This document shows positions 19,462 to 29,022 of a DNA stretch of 64,000 nucleotides, one piece after another; position 1 is the first letter of the stretch; each line of letters begins with the position of its first letter. The notes below the pieces were generated by a model. It was not told the DNA's origin. It saw only the letters and a list, made by a program, of their open reading frames with translations, and searched no databases. Position numbers and translations under genes: made by a program. Location: IMG/VR virus record IMGVR_UViG_3300017649_000004; one strand, 5' to 3'. The DNA comes from a virus. Lineage: Duplodnaviria; Heunggongvirae; Uroviricota; Caudoviricetes.

Positions 19462-20096
19462 TGCAGCAAGTGAAATACCGCGACCCGAAGGAGTCGAAGG
19501 CGCAGATCCGCGCCTTCGCCTACAAAGTTCTGCGGCGCATTCATGCACTGGGCGGCAAGACCACCTCGCTTGAGGACGTCGAGCAGGAGCTTTGGATTGC
19601 CTGGTGCAAGGCGTGCGAAGCCTATGACGAGAAGGGCGGCGCAAGCTTCAAGACCTTCCTGCACATCGGCATGGTGCGTCACATCAACCGCTACGTGCAG
19701 AACAACTTCGAGCGCCTGCACGGTGAAACGGTTGCGCTCTCGCTCGAAGCACCGATGGGTGACGATGACGGCGCAACGCTCGCTGAGGCTGTTCCTGACA
19801 CGGCCGAGCGTCAGGACACGAAGCTGATCGAGGAAGACGTCAAGGAGCGCGTGATGCGCCGGCTGACGCCTCGGGCACGTCAGTTCGTCCAGATCCTGCA
19901 CGACCAGCCGATCGAGCTGGTCCGGGAGCTGGACAAGTTCAAAGAGAAGCAAAAGGTCGCGCGCGAAGTCGGGGTTCAGTTCTCCGCTCCGCGCCGCCTC
20001 ACCAGCTGGATGGTTTTCGATCTCATGGGCGCCAGCCGCACGGAGCGCACGGCGATCATGCGCGAAATCGAAGCCGTCACAAGAAAGTTCGCCTGA
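19461..20096 (+). CDS. sigma-70 family (ECF-like) RNA polymerase sigma factor
   Basis: Region-2-like 'ELWIAWCKACEAYDEKGGASFKTFLHIGMVRHINRYV' and region-4-like 'LTPRARQFVQILHDQP'. Overlaps the cobS stop (TAATG). Confidence 0.6.
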   Translation: MQQVKYRDPKESKAQIRAFAYKVLRRIHALGGKTTSLEDVEQELWIAWCKACEAYDEKGGASFKTFLHIGMVRHINRYVQNNFERLHGETVALSLEAPMGDDDGATLAEAVPDTAERQDTKLIEEDVKERVMRRLTPRARQFVQILHDQPIELVRELDKFKEKQKVAREVGVQFSAPRRLTSWMVFDLMGASRTERTAIMREIEAVTRKFA

Positions 20097-20108
20097 TCCG
20101 GGGTTCTG

Positions 20109-20642
20109 ATGACCAACATTCCGAAGTTTTCGCCTGGCTGTTTCGGCTCTGCGGTGACCTTCCGCAAGGATGATATGGTCTGCGGCACATGCAAGTTCGC
20201 CGAGCTGTGCGAGCCGGCTCACCTTCAAGCTGTTGCAGCGCTGCGTGAGCGTTACGGCATCGAGGCTCCGGCAGCGCGCACTCAGAAGAAGCAGGTCAAG
20301 GAAGCGCCGGCAAAGACCGTCGATCCCGCGCTGCTCGTTCTGCCGAAGAAAACGCGCGTCCTGATCGAGCGCCTCGATCGCGGTGACTTCGACATCGTGG
20401 GCAAGCTCAAGCGCGGTGAGAACCCTTTCAGCAACTCGTTCCAGTTCCTGCGCGTGGCCTGCCACCTTCTGCTGCGCATGAAGGATCCGATCGACGCAAA
20501 GCTTCTGGCGGCAGCGTTCGTCAAGGCGCTCGCCTGGCAGCAGAACACCGCCGAGGCTCACGCGCGCATGGCAATCCAGGCGCTCACCCATGTTGGTGCC
20601 GTCGACAATGTGGACGGTAGGATTTCGCTGCGGAGGATCTGA
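20109..20642 (+). CDS. hypothetical Cys-containing protein, possible anti-sigma or zinc-binding
   Basis: 177 aa. N-terminal 'CFGSAVTFRKDDMVCGTCKFAELC'. It lies directly downstream of the sigma gene. Confidence 0.45.
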   Translation: MTNIPKFSPGCFGSAVTFRKDDMVCGTCKFAELCEPAHLQAVAALRERYGIEAPAARTQKKQVKEAPAKTVDPALLVLPKKTRVLIERLDRGDFDIVGKLKRGENPFSNSFQFLRVACHLLLRMKDPIDAKLLAAAFVKALAWQQNTAEAHARMAIQALTHVGAVDNVDGRISLRRI

Positions 20643-20830
20643 TGCAGCTTTACGTCTCCTACTCCTACTCGTCCGACTTCAAGCAGGGTGTAGCCAGCAT
20701 CGGCTTCAACCACATGGGCGCACCGCGGACCTTCGACGATGTGGTGAAGCTGCGCAAGCTGATCGAGAAGGAACACCCGGCCGGCACGGTCATCGTCATC
20801 AACACCTGGCACGAACTTCCCGGAGCCTGA
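20642..20830 (+). CDS. hypothetical small protein
   Basis: 62 aa, translationally coupled by TGATG. Confidence 0.4.
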   Translation: MQLYVSYSYSSDFKQGVASIGFNHMGAPRTFDDVVKLRKLIEKEHPAGTVIVINTWHELPGA

Positions 20831-20831
20831 T

Positions 20832-23800
20832 ATGCACTCCATCCTGGCTGCGCGCACCGACTTCTCTGTCGGCGAGGCCATCCTGACCGTCGAGCAACTG
20901 GTCAAGGCGGCCGTCGAGGCAGGTGAGAAGGTCGTCGCGCTTACCGACACCATGTCGATCACCGGCATGATCGACTTCACCAATCGCGCAAAGAAGGCCG
21001 AGCTGAAGCCGATCATCGGCACCAGGCTCAGGCTCACCGACAATCCGACCTGGCGGCCGACGGGCGACGAAAAGCGCAAGAACATGCCGCGCTCCTACTA
21101 TCTGACCGTCTATGCGCGCTCGGAAGCAGGAATGCAGGCGATCTACCGGCTGCTGACGCTCGCAAACAGTGAGGTGCGCTTCTACTACGAGGCAAAGCTC
21201 GGCTTCGAGGACTTCTATGAGGAGCTCGAAAAGGTCGGGCCTGACGAGCTTGCAATCGTGCTTGGCGACAGCCAGTCCGTCCTTGAGCATCCCGATTGCG
21301 AGACGATCACGCACAAGCTCGGTCAGCTCTGCTCGGCAGTCTTTGCGCCGCTGATCCCGATCCAGACGCCCTATTTCGGCCGCCTGAACCAGATCGCTGC
21401 CGAGCTTGTCACCAAGGAGCTCGCAAAGCCGATCGTCGTGCGTCCGGCTCTCTATGCCAAGGGCGAAGCCGACACCCAGGAAGTGATGACGGCGATCGCC
21501 GAGAACCAGAAGATCACCGATCCGTGGTTCTGTATGCGCTACAACCGCGACATGCACGTCATGGGCGTGCAGGAGCTGGTCGAGCACATCAAGGTCATGG
21601 CCGATCACCTGACGAAACGCGGCACGAGCATTGGCGCCATGTTCCGCGAGGGTCTGCTCAATACGCGCGTCCTTGCCGGCCTCATCGGCTACGAGTGGAA
21701 GAAGCAGCTGCCGTCCCTGCCGAAGATGGCGGATGACGAGTTCATGGCGGTGATGAAGGCGTGCAAGGAAGGCTGGGAGAAGCGCTTCAACGACAAGGTA
21801 TTCGGCCACCGTCCGGGCGACGAGGAGCTCGAGAAGGTCTACAAGCCGCGCCTTGCCTACGAGCTGTCGGTGCTCAAGAAGCTCAACTTCTCGGGCTACT
21901 TCCTGCTGGTGCAGGACGTGGTGCAGTTTGCGAAGTCGAACGGCATCATGGTGGGCCCGGGTCGTGGCTCCGTTGGTGGATCCCTCGTTGCCTATCTGAT
22001 GGGCATTACCGAGTGCGATCCGATCCGCTTTGGCCTTCTGTTCGAGCGCTTCATCAACCCGGAACGTATCGACCTGCCTGACGCCGACCTCGACTTCATG
22101 TCCGAGCGCCGGCACGAGGTGTTCGAATATCTGCTGCGCAAGTATGGCGCCGAGCGTGTGGCCGGCGTGTCGAATTTCGGCACTCTTGGTGCGCCGTCCG
22201 CCATTCGCGACGTCGGCCGCACGACCGGCATTCCTGAGCGTGAATATTCGGTTTCGAAATACGTGCCGAAGGTTCACGGCCAGACGGTCGAGTTGAACAA
22301 GGCGCGCGAGGAAGTCCCGGAGATTGACCAGTTCGCGCAGAAATATCCGTTCCAGTGGAAGATCATGGAGCGGCTCGAAGGCACGATCCGCAACTTCAGC
22401 CAGCACGCCGCCGGTGTCGTGGTTGCCGGCTGCGATCTGGTCGAGCGCGCGGTGCTTGAAAAGCGCAAGGACGGCTATGTCGTGTGCTGGGACAAGCGCA
22501 TCGTTGAGGAGCAGGGCCTGATCAAGATGGACGTCCTGGGGCTCAACACCCTCGACGTCATCAAGCTTGCCCTCGACTATATCCGCGAGCGCACGGGCAA
22601 GGAGCCCGATCTCATGCGCATTCCGCTTGACGACCATGAGGTGCTGCAAAACTTCGCCAAGGCGAACACGACCGGCATCTTCCAGTTCGAGTCTGGCGGT
22701 ATGCGCCGTCTGCTCAAGGAGCTCGGCGCCGACGGCACGATCACCTTCGACGACATCACCGCGGCCACCGCGCTGTTCCGTCCTGGTCCGATCGAGTCCG
22801 GCATGATGGACTCCTACTATCTGCGCAAGCAGGGCAATGAGCGCGTCGATTACGACCACCCGCTTCTGGAGCCGATCCTGAAAGAGACGTTCGGCGTCAT
22901 CGTCTACCAGGAGCAGGTCATGAAGATTTCGCAGGTCATCTGCGGCTACTCCGGTGCCGACGCTGACAAGCTGCGCAAGATCATGGGCAAGAAGCTGCCG
23001 GAGGAGATGCGCAAGGAGAAGGTGAAGTTCGTTGACGGCGCAGTCAAGACGATTGGCTGCGACAGGGACTGGGCAGAAGCGCTGTTCGATAAGATCGAAG
23101 GCTTTGCCTCCTACGGCTTCAATAAGTCGCATTCCGTAGAATACACGCTCATCTCCTATCAGGCCATGTGGCTCAAGACCTACCATTCGGTCGAGTTCTA
23201 CGCGGCTGCGCTGTCGCTGCTGAAAGAGGACAAGCTGCCGGGCCTGATCCGTGACGCAAAGATGCTTGGCATCGACGTCTCGATGCCCGACATCAACATT
23301 TCGACCGACCGGTTCGAGATTGCCACCGACGTGCGCCTGGTCATTCCGCTACAGCGCATCAAGGGCCTGTCCGAGCGCGCAACGCAGGAAATCATCAATG
23401 CGCGCAAGGCCGGCGGTCCCTTCAAGGACAAGGCCGACTTCGTGTCGCGTGTCGCGCGGCGCATCGTCAACGCAAGGGTGCAGGACGCGCTTGATCGTGT
23501 GGGTGCATTTGCGCGCATCGAGCCCGGTCAGTTGCCGGCGAACGATCCGAGCCGCGTGAAGGACCAGATCGAACTTATCCCGGGTCTGATTGCCGCGCAT
23601 GTGCCGATCAATCGCGAAATGCACCGCGACAAGCTGACGAAGGAAGCGATTGGCGAGGTCATCTACGAGTATCGCGCCAATCATGGTCCCGGCAGCGGCC
23701 AGGCAGACGGAGTGCCGGTCAAGCCCTCCTTCGGCAAGGAAGCCGAGTTCGTGATCATCTCCGACGCGCCGAACGGTGAAGAGGAGCAGGTGGGCATGAT

Positions 23801-24191
23801 GGGCTGGTCGCAGTCGAATGGTGCCGTCATTGAAGCGATGGCGGAGGTCAGCTTGCAGCGCGAGCACGCCTACTGGACCTCGCTGATCAAGCGGCCGAAG
23901 CGCGGCAAGCAGGTCACGCCCGAAGAGGTCGCGACTTACCTTCCCTACCTCAAGCGTGAGCTTGAGATCCTCGAGCCGCCGATCATCGTGCTGCTCGGCT
24001 CTCAGACGGTGCGCACCTTCATTCCGGACTTCAAGGGCAAGGCCTCTGACAGTGCCGGCAAGGTCGTCTACTCGAAGGAATATGACGCCAATCTCGTCAT
24101 CGGCTTCTCGCCCGGTGAGATTTGGCATGACCCCGACAAGCAGCAGAACATGAATGAGGTGTTCGCTGCGGTTGCAACTCTGCTCGCATAG
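20832..24191 (+). CDS. dnaE: DNA polymerase III alpha subunit (DnaE-type, with N-terminal PHP domain)
   Basis: 1119 aa. 'GFNKSHSVEYTLISYQAMWLKTYHSVEFYAAALS' matches the DnaE palm/fingers signature. The N-terminal region is PHP-like. Confidence 0.85.
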   Translation: MHSILAARTDFSVGEAILTVEQLVKAAVEAGEKVVALTDTMSITGMIDFTNRAKKAELKPIIGTRLRLTDNPTWRPTGDEKRKNMPRSYYLTVYARSEAGMQAIYRLLTLANSEVRFYYEAKLGFEDFYEELEKVGPDELAIVLGDSQSVLEHPDCETITHKLGQLCSAVFAPLIPIQTPYFGRLNQIAAELVTKELAKPIVVRPALYAKGEADTQEVMTAIAENQKITDPWFCMRYNRDMHVMGVQELVEHIKVMADHLTKRGTSIGAMFREGLLNTRVLAGLIGYEWKKQLPSLPKMADDEFMAVMKACKEGWEKRFNDKVFGHRPGDEELEKVYKPRLAYELSVLKKLNFSGYFLLVQDVVQFAKSNGIMVGPGRGSVGGSLVAYLMGITECDPIRFGLLFERFINPERIDLPDADLDFMSERRHEVFEYLLRKYGAERVAGVSNFGTLGAPSAIRDVGRTTGIPEREYSVSKYVPKVHGQTVELNKAREEVPEIDQFAQKYPFQWKIMERLEGTIRNFSQHAAGVVVAGCDLVERAVLEKRKDGYVVCWDKRIVEEQGLIKMDVLGLNTLDVIKLALDYIRERTGKEPDLMRIPLDDHEVLQNFAKANTTGIFQFESGGMRRLLKELGADGTITFDDITAATALFRPGPIESGMMDSYYLRKQGNERVDYDHPLLEPILKETFGVIVYQEQVMKISQVICGYSGADADKLRKIMGKKLPEEMRKEKVKFVDGAVKTIGCDRDWAEALFDKIEGFASYGFNKSHSVEYTLISYQAMWLKTYHSVEFYAAALSLLKEDKLPGLIRDAKMLGIDVSMPDINISTDRFEIATDVRLVIPLQRIKGLSERATQEIINARKAGGPFKDKADFVSRVARRIVNARVQDALDRVGAFARIEPGQLPANDPSRVKDQIELIPGLIAAHVPINREMHRDKLTKEAIGEVIYEYRANHGPGSGQADGVPVKPSFGKEAEFVIISDAPNGEEEQVGMMGWSQSNGAVIEAMAEVSLQREHAYWTSLIKRPKRGKQVTPEEVATYLPYLKRELEILEPPIIVLLGSQTVRTFIPDFKGKASDSAGKVVYSKEYDANLVIGFSPGEIWHDPDKQQNMNEVFAAVATLLA

Positions 24192-24199
24192 GAGAAGCC

Positions 24200-24751
24200 A
24201 TGACCGACACGACCGCGGATCCCGTGAAAGAACCGACCACCTTTCAGGTGCGCGAGTTCATCGACGCCAAGAAGCTGAAGGAAGACCTGGCCTTCAATGA
24301 CCAGGACTTGACGACGGCGATGATGCAGCAGTCCTCGCTGTTCTCCTACTACGGCGTGCTGGCGGCCGAGGCTGCGCGCCAGGTGGATGTGGTCAAGCTC
24401 CTGCTCGAGAACACCGAGGCGGCGATCTACCAGCTCGAACGCAACAAGGCGGCAACCGCCGGCGAGAAGCTGACGGAGGCGATGCTTGAGAAGCGGGTAG
24501 CGCGCAACTCCCGGGTCATCGGCATGAAGAAGGCGCTCAACGAGGCAAAGCGCATCGAAGCGATCGGCAAGACGGCCGTCGAAGCCTTCCGCCACCGCCG
24601 CGACATGCTGGTGCAGATGGGCCTCATTTCGCGTGAGGAGATGAAGGGCGAGCTGCGGATCCAGGAGAAGAATATCCGCGAGAGCGCCTACGAATATCAG
24701 AAGGATTCGGTCCTCGAGCGGATGGGTCGCAAGCCTTCTGAGGACGCATAA
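24200..24751 (+). CDS. hypothetical protein
   Basis: 183 aa, predicted helical or coiled-coil. Confidence 0.5.
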   Translation: MTDTTADPVKEPTTFQVREFIDAKKLKEDLAFNDQDLTTAMMQQSSLFSYYGVLAAEAARQVDVVKLLLENTEAAIYQLERNKAATAGEKLTEAMLEKRVARNSRVIGMKKALNEAKRIEAIGKTAVEAFRHRRDMLVQMGLISREEMKGELRIQEKNIRESAYEYQKDSVLERMGRKPSEDA

Positions 24752-24757
24752 AAACGT

Positions 24758-24812
24758 GCATCCCATTTTATTTGACGCTATAAGTAAGTCAGCGCTTACT
24801 TATAGCGCATTC
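24758..24812 (+). promoter_or_regulatory. full promoter/5'-hairpin element
   Basis: GCATCCCA - N10 - CGCTATAAGTAAG - tcagcg - CTTACTTATAGCG (12-bp perfect stem), 17 nt upstream of the ATG at 24829. Confidence 0.55.
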
Positions 24813-24828
24813 GAAGGAACCTCTAACC

Positions 24829-25098
24829 ATGTCTCTTCTGGAACGCATCCTCGCCCTGTTTGGAATCGAACCGTCTATCGAGCGCATCACGCGTCCGATG
24901 GAAAAGATCGCTGCCAGGCTGGAGCGCTATGCAACTCAGCAGGAGTCGAAGGCTCAGGCTGATGAAAAGAGGGCTCGGCATCTCCTCGAGCGCTCGAACA
25001 GGGAGCTGGAACAGTCGGCGGAGGCTGCGGAGCTGGCTCAGCAATACCGGACCTTTGGTCCGCGCCGCCAGATGGCAGCTGGCATCCCGGCTGAATAA
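24829..25098 (+). CDS. hypothetical protein
   Basis: 89 aa. A hairpin promoter element lies upstream at 24758-24812. Confidence 0.45.
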   Translation: MSLLERILALFGIEPSIERITRPMEKIAARLERYATQQESKAQADEKRARHLLERSNRELEQSAEAAELAQQYRTFGPRRQMAAGIPAE

Positions 25099-25119
25099 TC
25101 CGACAGCATCCCAACACGA

Positions 25120-25214
25120 TCTAGCTATATAGCTACGTAGCTGCATAGCTAACTACGGACTTCGAAATCACCAAGCGCAAAGCACCAAAGCACTAAAGCA
25201 CGAAAGGCAAAGCA
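25120..25214 (+). promoter_or_regulatory. unusual leader of the SSB gene: TAGCTA palindrome cluster plus (AAAGCAC)5 tandem repeat
   Basis: TAGCTATATAGCTACGTAGCTGCATAGCTA (overlapping palindromes), then CAAAGCACCAAAGCACTAAAGCACGAAAGGCAAAGCA immediately before the ATG. Confidence 0.5.
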
Positions 25215-26261
25215 ATGGATTCTGCACTTCGCAAAATGGTATCGCAGGCTAAGGCCAAGTATGCCGGCAATGCTGGCAAGGCCATCAAGCCGAACGAAGG
25301 TCGCAACACCTATCGTATTCTCGCGCCGAAGAACGTTTCCTGGACTGGTCCGAACGGTGAGTTCTGGGCAGACCTTGGCGTTCACTGGATCAAGGCGGAA
25401 GAGAACGCGAAGCCGGCTGTTGTGATCGGCGACTGCGATACCGTCTACCAGCAGCCGTCGGTGATCAACACCGCCATCGAAATGGCGATCAACTCCGCCA
25501 TGGATGAGGAGAGCAAGAAGCTCTACGAAAGCTGGAAGGCGCGCAAGTCGGTGCTGCTGAACGTCATCGACCGTTCGAGCGGCAACGAGGAGATCCTCGA
25601 GCTGACCCCCTCCACCTGGGGTAAGGTTCTTGAGCTTATCGCTCTCCACCTGGACTTCGGTCAGGACATCACCGATCCGGAAAACGGCGTCGACATCATC
25701 ATCACGCGCACCGGCAAGGGTCTGAACACCAACTACGACGTCGCTGTGGCTCCGGGTAAGAGCCAGCCGGTCACTCCGGAGCAGCTCGCGCGCGCCAAGG
25801 ACTTGCAGGAGTTCATCCGCTCGAACTACTTCCGCGGTGAAGAGCAGAAGGCACTGAACGCGATCCAGCAGTTTGCCGGTATCTCGGTGCCGCGTCTTGC
25901 TGGTCCGGCAAATGCCGGCGCACTCGCTGGCCCGGCAGCAGCAACGCTTGCTCGCACTCCGACCGCTGCGCTTGCTTCGCCGAACGTTGCTGTCGCTGAC
26001 GCGGCTGTCGATGTTGAGGTTCCGACCACGGCGGCTCCCGCTGCAACTGTCTCCGCTGAGGAGCAGGCAGCTATGGATGAGGCTGCTCGTCGCCGCGAGG
26101 AGATTCTGCGTCGTCAGCAGGAAGCGGCTCGTGAACTGGAAGAGCTTGAGCGCCAGGCCGCAGCAACCGCCCAGCCGGCTGCTGCCGTTACTCCCGCATC
26201 CGCGAACGTGTCGGCCGATGATGCCGACGCAATCCTGAGGGAGCTCGAGGGTCTGGGCTAA
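25215..26261 (+). CDS. putative single-stranded DNA-binding protein (T4 gp32-like)
   Basis: 348 aa. It sits between dnaE and the FEN/recA genes. The N-terminal pattern 'KAIKPNEGRNTYRILAPKNVSWTGPNGEFWADLGVHWI' is reminiscent of the gp32 core. It has an Ala/Pro-rich linker and an acidic C-terminal tail. The 5' leader is unusual. Confidence 0.5.
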   Translation: MDSALRKMVSQAKAKYAGNAGKAIKPNEGRNTYRILAPKNVSWTGPNGEFWADLGVHWIKAEENAKPAVVIGDCDTVYQQPSVINTAIEMAINSAMDEESKKLYESWKARKSVLLNVIDRSSGNEEILELTPSTWGKVLELIALHLDFGQDITDPENGVDIIITRTGKGLNTNYDVAVAPGKSQPVTPEQLARAKDLQEFIRSNYFRGEEQKALNAIQQFAGISVPRLAGPANAGALAGPAAATLARTPTAALASPNVAVADAAVDVEVPTTAAPAATVSAEEQAAMDEAARRREEILRRQQEAARELEELERQAAATAQPAAAVTPASANVSADDADAILRELEGLG

Positions 26262-26271
26262 TCGAGAAGTA

Positions 26272-26363
26272 GTCTGACGCGTCCCCTCTCGCGTCAGACG
26301 CCCTCCGGTGTCGCGCCCGGAAGGCTAGGCGGCAGCGTGTTTCCTGTGCGCGCTGCCGCCCAT
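26272..26363 (+). terminator. two tandem GC-rich hairpins after the SSB gene
   Basis: GTCTGACGCG-tcccctct-CGCGTCAGAC and GGCGGCAGCG-N13-CGCTGCCGCC. There is no clean T-run. Confidence 0.35.
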
Positions 26364-26379
26364 TCCTTTAGGAGTTACC

Positions 26380-27327
26380 ATGTCGAAAAACTACCTGCTC
26401 ATCGACGGCAACTCGTTCGGCTACTACTACAACAACGCCAAGAAGCTCACGATCGGCAATCTGCCGGTCCAGGCGATCTTCGGCTTTCTGCGTGGTCTGC
26501 GCCAGCAGCTTGCCTTCTTCCAGCAATACACGCCGGTCGTGCTTTGGGACGGCGCTTCGTGGCGCAAGACCATGTTCGCCGAATACAAGGCCAACCGCGA
26601 CAAGGCTGATACCAAGGCAGCTCTCGCTCAGCTTCGCATGAAGGACGAGTATCAGCAGCAGGTGCCTCACATCAAAAAGGCTCTGCGCTTTCTTGGTATG
26701 CCGCAGCTGTCGGCTTTCAACATGGAAGCTGACGACCTCGGCGCAATCCTGACCGACCGCTACAGCAAGGACGGTCGCGTCATCCTGCTTACGGGTGACA
26801 AGGATTGGCTTCAGCTGGTTGGGCCGAACGTGACATGGCGCGACTTCATCAACAACCGGATGGTCACGCTCAAAAACTTCGAGGAAATGACGGGCGTTGA
26901 AACGCCTGCTCAGTTCGTCGAGGTCAAGGCACTGATGGGCGACACTGGTGACAACGTGCCGGGTGTTGGTGGCATTGGTGAGAAGGGCGCAGTCGAGTTC
27001 ATCAAGACCTACGGCTCGTTTGCCAACTTCACCAACCAGGTCATTTTCGAGAAGTCGATCGACCTGAAATCGCTGCCGAAGAAGTATCGCGACCTCGTGG
27101 AGAACGAGGAAAAGGCAATCGCCTTCGCGCGCAACATCACGCTGATGGACCTGCGCACCAAGCACCGGCCGGCGCCGATCAATCTCAATCTCGATAAGGG
27201 CGAACCTGACGCCCTCAAGTTCAAACGCTTCTGCGAGATCCTCCTCTTCAACTCCATCCTCAAGGAGTTCGATGACTGGATCCGCGTCTTTCCTGCATTC
27301 CGTGAAGAAGCCGCACTGGCGGCATAG
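26380..27327 (+). CDS. 5'-3' exonuclease / flap endonuclease (FEN, T4 RNase H-like)
   Basis: 'LIDGNSFGYYYN' and 'LTGDKDWLQLV' match the Pol I 5'-exo/FEN motifs. Confidence 0.75.
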   Translation: MSKNYLLIDGNSFGYYYNNAKKLTIGNLPVQAIFGFLRGLRQQLAFFQQYTPVVLWDGASWRKTMFAEYKANRDKADTKAALAQLRMKDEYQQQVPHIKKALRFLGMPQLSAFNMEADDLGAILTDRYSKDGRVILLTGDKDWLQLVGPNVTWRDFINNRMVTLKNFEEMTGVETPAQFVEVKALMGDTGDNVPGVGGIGEKGAVEFIKTYGSFANFTNQVIFEKSIDLKSLPKKYRDLVENEEKAIAFARNITLMDLRTKHRPAPINLNLDKGEPDALKFKRFCEILLFNSILKEFDDWIRVFPAFREEAALAA

Positions 27328-27335
27328 GAGTATCC

Positions 27336-28442
27336 ATGAGCACGCCTGACGAAATCGCAGCTGCACTCGGTGGTCTTGCCAAGCACGACGAGCAGTCGAC
27401 CGTCACCCACTTCCTCGACACCGGCTATCCGCCGCTCAACTACGCGCTCGCGTCCCGTTGGGATGGTGGTCTGCCGGTTGGTCGCATCGTTGAAATCTAC
27501 GGTCCTGAGTCCTCGGGCAAGACGGCGATCGCAACGATGGCGATGATCTCGGCGCAGAAGGCTGGCGGCTATGCCGGCTTCTCCGACCACGAACGTTCCT
27601 TCCAGCAGTATCTTGCCGAAGGCATGGGCCTTGATCCGCATCCCGGCCGCTTCCTCTATCGCAAGCCGAACACCTTCGAGGAGAGCCTGGCGCTCTGCGT
27701 CGAAGTGGCAATGACCTTGCGCGACAAGAAGCTGATCGCGCCGTCTGCTCCGATCTGTTGGGTGTTTGACTCGCTCGCCTTTATGACGCCCAACTCGGCC
27801 TTCTACGATCCCAAGACCGGCAAGCCGAAGCCGCTCGGTCAGCGTTCGATGCACGACAACACCGCTCTTGCTCGCGCGACCTCGGCCAACTTCCCGGCGT
27901 TCGCTCAGTTGTGCGACGACCTTGGTATCTGCGCGATCTTCCTCAACCAGATCCGCCTGAACATCGGCATCGTCTACGGCAATCCTGAAACGACGCCGGG
28001 CGGCAAGACGCCGAAATACGTGTTCTCGACTCGTATCTCGCTCGGCGCGACCAAGGTGCAGAAGGGCAAGGGTTCCGAGGCAGAAGTCATGGGCACGGAG
28101 ATCACCGCGCGCATGGTCAAGAACAAGGTCGCCCGTCCGTTCCAGACGGCAACCTTCCGCCTCGACTACACCGACGAAGGCCAGGCCCGCTTCAACTTCC
28201 ACCGCTCGATGATCGAGTTCCTGAAGGAAGAGAAGATCCTCAAGGAGTCTGCCGGCTGGATTGAGTGGGAAGGCAAGAAGTATTACGCCTCTGTTCTGGC
28301 CGACAAGCTGATGAATGAGCCGGATGGCTACGACAAGCTGAAGGCTCTGCTGCCGTCGTCTTACGAGCCGCCGGTTGTTGCCGAAGCTGATGTGTCGGCG
28401 ATCACCGGAGACGCAGACGCAGCGCTTCCCGCAGCAGCATAA
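27336..28442 (+). CDS. recA: RecA/UvsX-family recombinase
   Basis: Walker A 'EIYGPESSGKTAIA' and overall RecA architecture. Confidence 0.8.
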   Translation: MSTPDEIAAALGGLAKHDEQSTVTHFLDTGYPPLNYALASRWDGGLPVGRIVEIYGPESSGKTAIATMAMISAQKAGGYAGFSDHERSFQQYLAEGMGLDPHPGRFLYRKPNTFEESLALCVEVAMTLRDKKLIAPSAPICWVFDSLAFMTPNSAFYDPKTGKPKPLGQRSMHDNTALARATSANFPAFAQLCDDLGICAIFLNQIRLNIGIVYGNPETTPGGKTPKYVFSTRISLGATKVQKGKGSEAEVMGTEITARMVKNKVARPFQTATFRLDYTDEGQARFNFHRSMIEFLKEEKILKESAGWIEWEGKKYYASVLADKLMNEPDGYDKLKALLPSSYEPPVVAEADVSAITGDADAALPAAA

Positions 28443-28497
28443 CCCGCGTCCCCCTTCCCGTTCTGCTATATGTCTACTTGGACTGTAACAGAACGGG

Positions 28498-29022
28498 ATG
28501 CGGATGAAGGTTATCTCAATCTCACAGCCCTTCGCGACGTTGGTCGTGAAGGGCTACAAGGTCTTTGAAACGCGTAGTTGGCCGGCGCCGGCGTCGATCA
28601 TTGGCGAGACACTTGGCATTGCCTCGACCAAGACCGTTCGACCCGATGCGCGCGCCCATGCCGAGGATCCCGAGTTCGCCCAATTCTATGAGCGGCTCGG
28701 GCTGCCGGCATTGGACGAGCTCGTATGCGGACACCTGCTTGGCACCGTCACCGTCGACTCCTGCGAACTGATGACGGAGGAGTTCCTCGAGGACGTTTCG
28801 CGCGAGGAGAAAGCATATGGCTGGTGGCAGCTGGGTTTCTACGGCTGGAGGCTTACGCATCCGCGTGAGCTGAAGGTTCCTATCGCCATCCGCGGAGCGC
28901 AGGGCATCTACACTTGGAATGGAATGATCCCGAGTGAGGAAGAAGAAGCAGCCCAAACTCAAGCCGACCAGGCTCGTTCGCAACGGCCGCAGGATATACG
29001 GCGGCATCTACACGTTGTCTGA
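28498..29022 (+). CDS. ASCH-domain protein
   Basis: N-terminal 'MKVISISQPFATLVVKGYKVFETRSWPAP' plus '...YGWRLTHPRELKVPIAIRGAQGIYTW' (PUA-like ASCH fold). Its last ~30 codons overlap the next ORF, so the 3' end is uncertain. Confidence 0.5.
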   Translation: MRMKVISISQPFATLVVKGYKVFETRSWPAPASIIGETLGIASTKTVRPDARAHAEDPEFAQFYERLGLPALDELVCGHLLGTVTVDSCELMTEEFLEDVSREEKAYGWWQLGFYGWRLTHPRELKVPIAIRGAQGIYTWNGMIPSEEEEAAQTQADQARSQRPQDIRRHLHVV

